From: Octopus sinensis | Lineage: Eukaryota | Length of the DNA: 64,000 bases | Direction: 5' to 3' | Assembly: GCF_006345805.1 (NCBI RefSeq) | Contig: NC_043018.1 | Coordinates: 16,988,001 to 17,052,000 of the forward strand | Shown: positions 25,287 to 37,446 of the stretch, in pieces | Layout of the letters: each line of letters begins with the position of its first letter | Numbering within the stretch: the stretch's first letter is position 1 | Program-made: the position numbers and the translations under genes | The notes under the pieces: generated by a model | Database searches by the model: none | The model's input: the letters and a program-made list of their open reading frames with translations, nothing else | What the model was told of the DNA's origin: nothing

Positions 25287-25489
25287 CCATATATACCTTT
25301 TTTTAAATTTTTTTATGATTTTTTGATTTTTTAATGTCTTTACCCCCATACTTTCGTGAGTTGAATTGAGCAAACACTATATGAGAGAGGTTTTCTTTAA
25401 GTATTAGAAATAGTTTAAAAATAGTTTTTTTAGCTACTATTTCTAATGAGTTCAGTATGCGGCAAGTAATTTATTTTACTAAGCCCTTT

Positions 25490-25551
<62 letters not shown>

Positions 25552-25722
25552 TATATACGACCGACTTCTTTCAGTTTCCGTCTACCAAATCCACTCACAA
25601 GGCATTGGTCGGCTCGAGGCTATAGCAGAAGACACTTGCCTAAGGTGCCACGCAGTGGGACTGAACCCGGAACCATGTGGTTGCTAAACAAGCTACTTAC
25701 CACACAGCCACTCCTGCGCCTA
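25021..25722 (-). mobile_element. SINE family A, full length, with a family E insert in its internal (TA)n
   Basis: Tail 25021-25240 and head 25557-25722 (...CACACAGCCACTCCTGCGCCTA), separated by (TA)n + insert + (TA)n. Confidence 0.9.
25282..25490 (-). mobile_element. Family E (TA)n-flanked repeat nested in a SINE
   Basis: The reverse complement begins AAAAGGGCTTAGTAAAATAAATTACTTGCCGCATACTGAACTCATTAG, homologous to 11153-11320. Confidence 0.7.
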
Positions 25723-26647
25723 TAAACTTTAAAATTGTATATACCCTCCAATGACCAAAGAAAGCCAGAGTACAGCAACAAGACAACAACATAGACATGT
25801 GCTATATTTCTAAGAATGTGAGACGTGATTTATAGACGGTTTGGCTGCTATTTCTACTGAGGACAATGACTCTTTATAGAGAGAATGTTTCGATTATCTA
25901 TGTTTCTGCAAGCGCATTCAAGCTTTCAGTTATACTAGCAAACGAAAACGGCTTCAGTTACAACGAACAAAAAGAATGACACACGCAAAAGTACATTCGT
26001 AACAAAATGATGGGATTGTCATATATGGAGCGCTATTGTTAATATGTTGGCTGTCGGGTATGACGTGCTTTATTTCGACGACCCGGATGTGGCAAAGATC
26101 CTTCCAGAAACAGGAACAGTGAGTTTTCTGAAAAGCCTGCAAGATTGTGGTTGTATGGAAATTACGTAGAAATTTGAAAGGATCGCGTGTTTGTTGGGTT
26201 GTAGGGACTAGGGTTAGAGTTTGATTGTTTAGGGAGATGAACACAATATGGACGGTGAGAGGAAGCAATATTAGTAAATCAAGTGGAAATAGTAAACCAA
26301 CAGAGTGGAGCAAACTGAAGTGAAGAATCAGTAGGGTGAGGAAACCAAATCGTGGTTCATAAAATCATTAGGGGGTTGAGTGAATTCATGCAAACCAATC
26401 GGGAGAATTTCATTTAGTTGCGCTCTGGGCCCCCTGTATATGTAGTAGCATCGTGATTTCGTGATTCCGTTGTGCATCACGCCACAAACTGTTAAAGGAA
26501 GTATGCCCTGGTCATGAAGAAGGACAATATTCCTTATGATGCAGAGTATGTTGTTAATATGAGATTTCTGAAAGGAAATCCGCTGTGATTTGGGAGGCAG
26601 TAACTGATTGGGAGGCAGTAGCCGACGGTTTCAGTTGGTTATTGTAT

Positions 26648-27072
26648 CTCTTTACTCTTTTACTCTTTTACTTGTTTCAGTCATTTGACTGCGGCCATGC
26701 GGGAGCACCGCCTTTAATCGAGCAACTCGACCCCGGGACTTATTCTTTTGTAAGCCCAGTACTTATTTTATCGGTCTCTTTTGCCGAACCGCTAAGTAAC
26801 GGGGACATAAACAAACCAGCATCGGTTTTCAAGCAATGCTAGGGGGACAAACACAGACACACAAACACACACACGCATATATATATATATACATATATAC
26901 ATATATACGACGGGCTTCTTTCAGTTTCCGTCTACCAAATCCACTCACAAGGCTTTGGTCGGCCCGAGGCTATAGTAGAAGACACTTGCCCAAGGTGCCA
27001 CGCAGTGGGACTGAACCCAGAACGATATGGTTCGTAAGCAAGCTACTTACCACACAGCCACTCCTGCGCCTA
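26648..27072 (-). mobile_element. SINE family A, full length
   Basis: Complete from the (CTTTTA..)n tail to ...CTCCTGCGCCTA; nearly identical to 27970-28364 and to the reverse complement of 32347-32766. Confidence 0.95.
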
Positions 27073-27969
27073 TCTGTTTGTGAATGTTTAAAGATTTTAT
27101 TGGTGTGTAATGATTAAGTCTTTGCGCAACAAAAACGTACGTCGATAACAGCTATTATCACTTATGAAGTACTGTAAAACAGTTCTGAGTTCATATTTTA
27201 CTGGATGAAATTTCGTTGTAATCTAAGAAACAAAGAAACAATCAAGCAATCAAGCAAAAAGCTTAAATTCTTTTCCCTAATCAATCTATGTCTTTGTGTC
27301 GTTAAAATTCTCAGAAATATTTATTCTTCAACCATTGGTGTTGCCTTTCTCTTATTTTACTCCACATCAGTGTTGATTGTAATCAAATTCCTCTTAGCCA
27401 TCTTCTCTTTATTCCAAGTTGTGTAGCACACTCATTATACATGTGCTATATTTCTTAAGAAAGTGAGACGTGATTTAAAGAGCGTTTGGCTGCTATTTCT
27501 ACTAAGCACAATGACTCTTTATACGGAATATGTTTCGATTATCTTCTTACCATTAGTACTAGGTCTGCCATGATTAATTAAGCGTAGGATCAACAACAGT
27601 CGTTCCAGTTTTGACTGTCCTATCCTTCTTTAAATACAAGGAACAAGAGACCGGATTATCAAGTATGTTATTCCATTTGTAAGACAATAAAATTTTATTA
27701 CTGCTATTTCTAACATCTTCAGTGATCATGAAGAGTATCCTGCGTGGATTTGTCCATTGGTGGTGGGTAGTATGGATAGTTCATCAAGGTATAATTGACT
27801 GGCGGTCCATTTCGAGGTTTCACAGTCAGAGGGGTAACTAGGGTGAGGAGGGTATTGCCTTTGAAGAAACGGGGGCGTACCAGTAATACATGCAGGGATG
27901 ATCTAGATAAATATTACGCATTCCTTTTCAGAAGGTGATTCCCTAACGTCATGAGGAAAACTTTATGGC

Positions 27970-28364
27970 TTACTCTCTTTTACTTGTTTCAGTCATTTGA
28001 CTGCAGCCATGCTGGAGCACCGCCTTTAGTCGAGCAACTCGAACCCGGGACTTATTCTTTGTAAGCCCAGTACTTATTCTATCGGTCTCTTTTGCCGAAC
28101 CGCTACGTGACGGGGACATAAACACACCAGCATCGGTTGTCAAGCAATGCTAGGGGGACAAACACAGACACACAAACATACATGCACATACATATATGTA
28201 CATATATACGACGGGTTTCTTTCAGTTTCCGTCTCCCAAATCCACCCACAAGGCTTTGGTCGGCCCGAGGCTATAGTAGAAGACACTTGCCCAAGGTGCC
28301 ACGCAGTGGGACTGAACCCCGAACCATGTGGTTGGTAAGCAAGCTACTTACCACACAGCCACTC
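27970..28364 (-). mobile_element. SINE family A, near full length
   Basis: As above; lacks the first ~9 nt of the head. Confidence 0.95.
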
Positions 28365-30479
28365 ATGTAAAATTTCCCGTGGACAACAAAGACTTTGATA
28401 TAAAAAAACTGCTGGTCCAACTGGGCAACGTTTTATATCGGGGAACTTGATAACCTTATAATTAATGATGTTAGTGAAGTACATATAGGGAAGAAAAAGA
28501 CACAGAAAAACACTGTGAGGGTTGTGCAATTCAGTAGAATTGGCACGAGCTTAGTGTAAAATCTGAGATTGAGAGACAATATGAAAGACAGAGAAAAAAA
28601 TTGAAATGTTACGACATATTTTGTAAACCGGGTGAGATGGTTGTAATCATATGTAGTTCAGGCATTGTTGTGGATAGATTGGATTCTTCTGAGAAGTGAT
28701 TACAGAATTTTGATGTTGAGTATTGAATAAGGAAATGATCTCACAAATGAACCTGTAATTCTCTGTACCACATAAAGAAGTGAGTTTTATTACCTATGTG
28801 TCCGTCACTAAAATCTGAAGTCTCTAAATGAATGTTTTTAAGCTAACTGTTTTTCCTATCCAAGACCAAGATAATTCTAACAAGTCAAGTCGCAACTAGA
28901 CACATCTCAACGGCGATTCTGTCTGTACAGAACCAAAAAATAAAAAAAATCCAATTCTACTGAAGCTACTATTGCAATCGTTCACCAAAAACATATTTTT
29001 TTGTTGTCCAAATATCAATATATTAGAGTTTTATTTTTTTTCCAACTCGCAATTTTAGATCAAAATCGTTTCTATAAAGAACTCAAAATTACGCATAAAT
29101 AAATATAGAAATCGAAATTTAAAAAAAAAAGTTTAAAAAAGAAAACCAAAAACCCTGCAGCAGCTCTAACTCAGGAATTGTGTAGACTTTCCGCTATTTT
29201 TGAAGTTATTTAATTATAATTCTACAATTTTCTTTTAAATTTCACAAATAATGTAATAAAAATTGCAATGAGGACATGCAACAAATATAGAAATAACCAG
29301 GAAGAACAATAAAAAGCCAAACAGTGAATAAATAAAATTATAACTATAAGAACGTGGTCTGTACACTTCTTTCATTTGGTTGAGAATTTTACGTTTGGAA
29401 TTTCAGGAGAAAATACGACATGAATAAGCTGTCACAAATTCATATCAACCATTTTTATTGCATTTATTGCTAATATGGATGAACGATTGATGAAAGAGAT
29501 GGAAATATTTCATGACGGACAACATGAGAATGAATCTATCTGTGCGTACGTATGAGGCATTTGCGTGAATATGAAAGAAAGAGATAGAAGTACGTGTTAG
29601 CAAAATGACGTTGAAGTATTTATGATTATAAATTGTGTGTGAGTGTGTTTACAAGGAAGTGGTTGACTTTGACATTGCAGTTTCGTTTCAGCCAATAAAT
29701 ATTTACGAACACTTTTACATATATACATGCATACATTCATATACATAAACACAGATACATACCCACGAACATCATGAGCAGACATACACATGAACATGTA
29801 TCCATGCGTAGGCACAATTCTTTACACGTCCACATATGCGTAGGATTCCATGTTCTATATACACATTTGCGTATATCTATATTATCTTTCCGCCTACACA
29901 CTTGTATACATCAAAAGTATTTAAAACTGCACACAACCCTAGGCCCATAAATTCATGCACAGGTAGACATCCATATATTAACGAACAAATATATATAGTT
30001 GTATAAACCTGTGTGAGGATGTATGTGCATATATGTGTATATACATATAAGCATATATATATATATATATATGCATACATACATACATACATACATACAT
30101 ACATACATACATACATAAATACATACATACATATATATATATATATAGATATATATATATGATAGATCGTTAGCTACAACACACATTTTTTTCTTTGTTT
30201 CTTTCTTTGTTTTTTCTGTGTCCCTTTCTGTAGAAGAGTGTAGGCTCAAACGTAACACACTTTTTCTATTCCTGAGCGTTATACTAATACATGTATATAT
30301 GCGGGCATGTGTACATCTGTACACACACACACATCCACACACGCGTGCGCGCGCTCACACACACACACACCACAATCGACACCGTTTTTCCGAAATAAAT
30401 TTCTGAGAATAAATACAGTATATGAAAATTTGGGAGTAATGAATACCTATAAATTTAATGTCTGCATTCGTAGGTATAC

Positions 30480-31335
30480 GAACATTCATACATACATGCA
30501 TGCACACCTACATAATACATACATACATACATACGTACGTACGTACGTACATACATACATACATACAAACATGCATACATGCATACATACATGCATACAT
30601 ATATGCATACATACATACAAACATACGTTCGTATATACATACATACATACATACATGCATGCACACATACATACATACATACATACATGCATACATACAT
30701 ACATGCATGCATACATACATACATACAACATACATACATACATGCATGCAATCATACATGCATGCATACATACATGCATGCATACATACATACATACATA
30801 CATACATACATGCATGCAATCATACATGCATGCATACATACATACATGCGTACATACATGCAATCATATATACATACATACATACATACATGCATACATA
30901 CATACATGCATGCATACATACATACATACATACATACATACATGCATGCAATCATACATGCATGCATACATACATGCATGCATACATACATACATACATA
31001 CATACATACATACATGCATGCAATCATACATGCATGCATACATACATGCATACATACATACATACATACATACATACATGCTATTTCTTTATTACATACA
31101 TACATACATACATGCGTACATACATGCAATCATATATACATACATACATACATACATACATAGCTACATACATACATGCATACATACATGCATGCGCACA
31201 TACATACATACATACATACATACATAAATACATATATACATACATACATACATGCATGCATACATACATACATACATACTTACATACATGCATGCACACA
31301 TACATACATACATACACACACATGCACACATATAA
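30480..31335. repeat. (CATA)n/(CATG)n tetranucleotide array with a higher-order CATGCAATCATA motif
   Basis: Directly visible. Confidence 0.95.
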
Positions 31336-32346
31336 CTGCGTGTGTGTGTGTATGTGTGTGTTTATATGTGTATTAAATCAAATATGCTTGCATGTACATA
31401 TATGCACATAAGACAAAATCCTATGCATAAATTAACTCTAAACACACAAACATGCACATATCCACATAAATATATACGCACATATATACACGCATTCCTT
31501 TAATAACGCAATTATTTTTCAGGAAGTACTAGGTTTTTAACAGCAATCTTTATTCAGTTATATGTTATTTCTTTATTTTATTCAGTTATATGTGTCCAAC
31601 CAATTATGAAACTGAGTTTCTGAATGAATTATAAAACAAGAATTTCTTTCGAAAATAGCAAAATATGTCAATTTGTTGGTTTTACAGAACTGACTGCATC
31701 AACATTTCACTAATGTTTTCCCGTGCAAACATCGATTTGTTTATTTTCCTTTTCAATGTCTTTCTTCCTTTCCTCGCATGTGTTTCTCATTTAGATTCAT
31801 ATTCTGAGTGCTTACGACTCTTTTCCCCCCCCCCCCACTGAAGTCAATATGGCGGCGATCTCCGCCATTTCTAAATCATCGAAATATGACGCTTCTTCTT
31901 TCCAACTTTATTTCCCTTTAATACTCTATCTCTCTCTCTCTCTCTCTCAAACACACACACATAATAAATACACACTCTTGCACACACACATATCTACACA
32001 CTTATATTAATGATATTAAATGCGATTCGACGATTCCTATGCAAGGGTCCTCGCCAATTCTCAGACCTATAATACAAACTACCACATTAATATCAATGAC
32101 ATTCATTTCCAATGACATCGAGGGACTCTAGTATTGATTGCCAAATATGAAGTATATATTTTGGGTTAGTTTAAAATACACAAAGGCTTTTATCTTCCCG
32201 TTTTCGCTGACAAAGTGTCGTATATTCTCTATTAACCTAGAAAAAATTCATAAATTGTTAATCTTTATGGTTTTAAACTTTAACCAATCCAATGAACAAT
32301 AAATTGCTCCAAAAATCAATATGAACATCAAATAAATTTTACAGAG

Positions 32347-32766
32347 TAGGCGCAGGAGTGGCTGTGTGGTAAGTAGCTTGCTAACCAACCACATGGTTCC
32401 GGGTTCAGTCCCACTGCGTGGCATCTTGGGCAAGTGTCTTCTGCTATAGCCCCGGGCCGACCAGTGCCTTGTGAGTGGATTTGGTAGACGGAAACTGAAA
32501 GAAGCCTGTCGTATCTATGTATATATATATAAGTGTGTGTGTATATATGTTTGTGTGTCTGTGTTTGTCCCCCTAGCATTGCTTGACAACCGATGCTGGT
32601 GTGTTTACGTCCCCGTCACTTAGCGGTTCGGCAAAAAGAGACCGATAGAATAAGTACTGGGCTTACAAAAAGAATAAGTCCCCCGGGGTTGAGATGCTCG
32701 ACTAAAGGCGGTGCTCCAGCATGGCCGCAGTCAAATGACTGAAACAAGTAAAAGAGTAAAGAGAGT
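32347..32766 (+). mobile_element. SINE family A, full length
   Basis: TAGGCGCAGGAGTGGCTGTGTGG (A box)...GGTTCAGTCCC (B-box-like)...CTTGGGCAAGTGTCTT core...internal (TA)/(TG)n...tail CAAGTAAAAGAGTAAAGAG. Confidence 0.95.
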
Positions 32767-32855
32767 ATCATAACAAAACTGATACGTATTCTACTCTTGG
32801 CTCACACCATTTCGATCCATACAACTCCTTGATTTCTTTAGCTATCTTTCTCGGA

Positions 32856-33015
32856 ACATCGACCCCAGTGCGTAACTGGTACTTATTTAATCGACCCCGA
32901 AAGGATGAAAGGCAAAGTCAACCTCGGCGGAATTTGAACTCAGAACGTAACGGCAGACAAAATACCACTGAGCATTTTGCCTGGCGTGCTAACGTTTCTG
33001 CCAGCTCACTGCCTT
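32856..33015 (-). mobile_element. SINE family D, 5' part
   Basis: Reverse complement: GGCAGTGAGCTGGCAGAAACGTTAGCACGCC...GAGTTCAAATTCCGCCGAGGTTGACTTTGCCTTTCATCCTTTCGGGGTCGA. Confidence 0.9.
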
Positions 33016-33482
33016 ATTGTGCGGATGCACAAATACTGCTATTCCGTTCATCATACCAGGGATTTTCTTCTATCCCTTATCGCTCCTTCTATTTCAACCA
33101 CAGAATATAATGTTTGATTGACCTAAAACTTGGTACTGAAGCGATGATTGTATTCATCAAAATTTTATCCATTGCCAGAAAATATAACCTATAATGCGAC
33201 GACGACATTTCGGAAAAAACCGTTAACATTCGCCGTCCTTATATGACACTGATAATTACGTAAATAGTTGTTGTATATCATCACAAAAATATTTACAATT
33301 CCTTGGTATGGAACTGAGACATGAGGACCATCAGCAATGCATTTTATATTTAAAGATATGACTATTTACTGAATTACACATGAAACAATTGTAATACATT
33401 GGAAATAGACGGCTTAGTCTCTTCTATAATACATTATGTTGAACAATAGCTGATTCATGCCAGTATTCTATATACTAGAAGT

Positions 33483-33865
33483 GGAGGCGCAATGGCCCAG
33501 TGGTTAGGGCAGCGGACTCGTGGTCGTAGGATCGCGGTTTCGATTCCCAGACTGGGCGTTGTGAGTGTTTATTGAGCGAAAACACCTAAAAGCTCCACGA
33601 GGCTCCGGCAGGGGATGGTGGTGATCCTTGCTGTACTCTTTCACCACAACTTTCTCTCACTCTTACTTCCTGTTTATGTTGTACCTGTATTTCAAAGGGC
33701 CGGCCTTGTCACTCTCTGTTTCACGCTGAATATCCCCGAGAACTACGTTAAGGGTGCACATGTCTGTGGAGTGCTCAGCCACTTACACGTTAATTTCACG
33801 AGCAGGCTGTTCCGTTGATTCGGATCAACCGGAACCCTCGTCGTCGTAACCGACGGAGTGCTTCC
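33483..33865 (+). mobile_element. tRNA-derived SINE family C, full length
   Basis: tRNA-Arg-like head (A box TGGCCCAGTGG, B box GGTTTCGATTCC); nearly identical to the reverse complement of 48425-48804. Confidence 0.95.
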
Positions 33866-35087
33866 ATCACTATATGCTAGAACATTACTCATGGTCAGAC
33901 GTGAATATTTACATCTTTGGCTTCTGTAAAATTGTTATCAGTCTTCCTTCCACTCTATGAATGTTCAATAATGTATAAAATCCAAACAAACGAACGCTCT
34001 AGAAGGCATTCTTAAAATTACTTCTGTAAAGATGCCGTACAAAAGAACCTTAATAAATCTGCTAACTCTCTGAATGTGAAATTAGAAAATCGCCAGTTCG
34101 ATATTTAAGTGTCAGATCACCCCATTTTTTTCACTGAAATTATCTTAAGTACAGTAATACTCACTGTATTTCTTCTCTCTGTTTTAATCCAAGACAATCG
34201 TTTGAGCTTATTGTCTGTCATTTTAGTGACTTTCCCTGCCTGCGATACTCTAAAGCCTACCATAACATATCTGTTAAAAGTTTCATAATTTCAATTCATT
34301 ACCGCATTTTCCCATTTCGGTGAAAGAGATTTTAGAATTTCACTCATACAAAACTAATTTATAAAACTAAAATGAAATTTCTTTAAATTGTTTTCTGTAC
34401 TGTTTATTCTTCGTGAAAATATATTTCAATCGAATATCTGGTTCATTAAATATCTCTACAGTTACAATTCATTATCCTTGTTCTTGTTTTAATTAATAAT
34501 AATTAAGCTGAATTGATTTCGCCATCGTATCTACTTTCTGGAGTGTTATCGTCATTTTAATTAATTACTTTCTTAACGAACTCTAAATTCCATGCACATT
34601 TATGCCGTTAAACTCTAGGTGAATGTAATCCTTTAAATAAATGTCTTCTGTTCTATTCAACCGTTCGGTGAGACCTGTATTCTTAATTGAATATATTAAA
34701 ACCGATTTATATCATTTACAGATTGTCCTAGATGTCCAAAACGTTACATCCCTTAACATTCTACAACAAATGGATACTCAGCAAAACTTTGATTTCCATT
34801 CAATTTTTTGTTATTATGGCAATCTCTAGTAAGGTCTTTTTATTTTTCAAATTTAGCTTTTCAATAAATAAAATTCATTCTTCATGCACCAATATGACAA
34901 AAAAAAAGTTTTGTTTGAATTCTTGCTTCCGGTTGTTCTCCTCTCCTTTTCTACGTTGCACAGCTACCTTTGTTTTCTGTCTCCATAAGGTTCCATATTT
35001 ACAGATACCTCTTTGTCACATTTCACTTGGAAAATTTCGTTTTCAATGAATCTTGTTACATCCCGAAAGCATTCATTTATACCTACC

Positions 35088-35088
35088 G

Positions 35089-35183
<95 letters not shown>

Positions 35184-35206
35184 ATCTATCTATCTATCTA
35201 TCTATA

Positions 35207-35243
<37 letters not shown>

Positions 35244-35351
35244 GTCTGTCTGTCTGTCTACCTATCGATCTGTCTATCTGTCTGTCTATCTATCTACCTA
35301 TCGATCTGTCTATCTGTCTGTCTATCTATCTAACAACCTACATACCTACCG

Positions 35352-35404
<53 letters not shown>

Positions 35405-35405
35405 C

Positions 35406-35445
<40 letters not shown>

Positions 35446-35481
35446 ATATCTATCTATCTATCTACCTACCTACCTACCTAC

Positions 35482-35563
<82 letters not shown>

Positions 35564-35565
35564 CA
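35088..35565. repeat. (TCTA)n/(TCTG)n/(CCTA)n microsatellite
   Basis: Directly visible. Confidence 0.95.
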
Positions 35566-35894
35566 CCCACACACAGTGCGCGCACGCACACACACCTGTA
35601 CCGAATGAGCATTCAAGCGTTGGTTTATTTGAAAGAACTAGGCGTGCAGAAACCAATGCAAGTCATGCGGTATAATGTGTATTCAAACCGAACTTTTTTC
35701 AACAGACTAAAATAGCAGCTCTGTGTGACAATTAAACAAGGTGTCTTAACAATTCTGTGGCTGTAGCTTGATATCCGTTGGTGGGAATGACTCACCTTTT
35801 TTTGTGTATGTTGGGTGCTTTGTTATTTAGCACCTATTAATTTGCTGGGTAGCAGCTTAGTGTCTCTTGTGTAAAAACGGCCTAAAACTACTAG

Positions 35895-35988
35895 ATTATG
35901 ATGATGATGATGGTGATGATGATGATAATAATGATAATAATAATAACAATAATAATAATAATATAATAATAATAATAATAATAATAAT

Positions 35989-36028
<40 letters not shown>

Positions 36029-36057
36029 CAACAACAATAGTAATCTTAATAATAATG
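35895..36057. repeat. (GAT)n-(AAT)n-(AAC)n microsatellite
   Basis: Directly visible. Confidence 0.95.
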
Positions 36058-36109
36058 GATGTGTGGTATGGGGGTATTTATATTGTGTGTTATTTTATCA
36101 TACTCCTAT

Positions 36110-37232
36110 TTAACCTTCTCATATTCATGGGTAATTTTCCTTCTAGAACATTCATCAAGTCGATAAGTCGTCTTTGAATTTCAAGCAATGTGATTACCTG
36201 GTTGGTTTATTTTCCCTGCATGTCCACCCAAAACAGTATCAGGGTTCACTGTATAACTTTCCTGGTCCACATCCTTAACAGCCCCATCACCATTTCCCTC
36301 TTCCTCCTGTCTACTCTTCTCCCTGCTTTCAACTCCTTCCTCTCTGTTTTCAACTCCGATCATCATCCTTTGTAGCCCATCTGTAGTATCTCTCAGACCC
36401 TCATTAATCCGAGATATTTCTACCCCAGTTAAGTAACCCTTCCTCCTAATCACTCTCACTTGGTTCATTAGTTTATTTTCTGACATAGGACACATGTCCT
36501 CTTCCATCCAAAATATAGGTCGGCCTACTCCACGAATTCTTTCCAGTTTTGCTCTTTCATGACATTCAATAAGTGTATCGTATTCTTCCTTCGTCCACTT
36601 ATACCTATTTCTTTATTACCCACTGGAGGCTAAACATAGAGAGGACAAACAAGGATAGACATAGGTATTAAGTCGATTACATAGACCCCAGTGCGTAACT
36701 GGTACTTAATTTATCGACCCCGAAAGGATGAAAGGCAAAGTCGACCTCGGCGGAATTTGAACTCAGAACGTAACGGCAGACGAAATACCTATTTCTTTAC
36801 TACCCACAAGGGGCTAAACACAGAGGGGACAAACAAGGACAGACATAGGTATTAAGTCGATTACATCGACCCCAGTGCGTAACTGCTACTTAATTTATCG
36901 ACCCCGAAAGGATGAAAAGCAAAGTCGACCTCGGCGGAATTTGAACTCAGAACGTAACGGCAGACGAAATACCGCTAGGCATTTCGCCCGGCGTGCTAAC
37001 GTTTCTACCAGCTCGTCGCCTGTCCACTTATACCTGTTTTGCGCACACCATATATGTGACCTGTTGTGACATAACGACCGTCTGAGGCCATATCATTGCC
37101 CCTGATGCGGTAGGTTTCGGACGTGCCGGGTGGGAAACCTTCACCATTATCGGCTATAGCTCCCTTCTCGCCGTTGATTATTTCCTTCTTGTGTTGCATC
37201 ATTATTTCATGAGTCGTTCGTGGGGTTCCCAC
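36110..37232 (-). mobile_element. R4/Dong-type LINE ORF N-terminal fragment, interrupted by a SINE D insertion
   Basis: Removing 36607-37021 plus one TSD copy joins the ORF pieces with a 1-nt frameshift: MGTPRTT...GHIYGVRKT/RYKWTKEEYDTLIECHERAK...IFWMEEDMCPMSENKLMNQVRVIRRKGYLTGVEI. This resembles the KWTxEEN...W...EQRLxxQxRxIxxxxWLxxxEI N-terminal motif of R4-clade ORFs. Confidence 0.7.
36607..37021 (-). mobile_element. SINE family D tandem dimer with a 14-bp target-site duplication
   Basis: GTCCACTTATACCT at 36593-36606 and 37022-37035; the body is repeated with a 184-bp period (36601 and 36785). Confidence 0.95.
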
Positions 37233-37403
37233 GACAGTAGTTATTGAGATCCCATCTCTCCCTTTCTCTCTTTATTTGTATATACACGTGCACTTGTATA
37301 CACACACACACACACATATAAATAACGTGCTTGCATTGTGTCGCCTCCATAACTACAGTTTACAAAGTCTAGACAGGTATCTTCAGCTAGCAGGCCATGC
37401 TAC

Positions 37404-37446
37404 TCCAGACTGATGACGAGCAAAAACTCAGAAACATGTCTCTGGA
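37404..37446 (+). ncRNA. Candidate minimal type I hammerhead ribozyme
   Basis: TCCAGA-CTGATGA-C-GAG-CAAAAA-CTC-A-GAAA-CAT-GTC-TCTGGA: 6-bp helix I, exact CUGAUGA and GAAA cores, helix II GAG/CTC, palindromic ACAUGU helix III, GUC cleavage triplet (37438-37440). Helix I extends distally (CAGCTAG 37384-37390 with TTAGCTG 37454-37460). Confidence 0.7.

Noticed and set aside
30307-31411. 300-aa HTYI/MYVC ORFs, and similar ORFs at 6155-7327, 7395-8077, 34970-35715 and 38791-39624
   Set aside because: They are tetra-, tri- and dinucleotide repeat translations.
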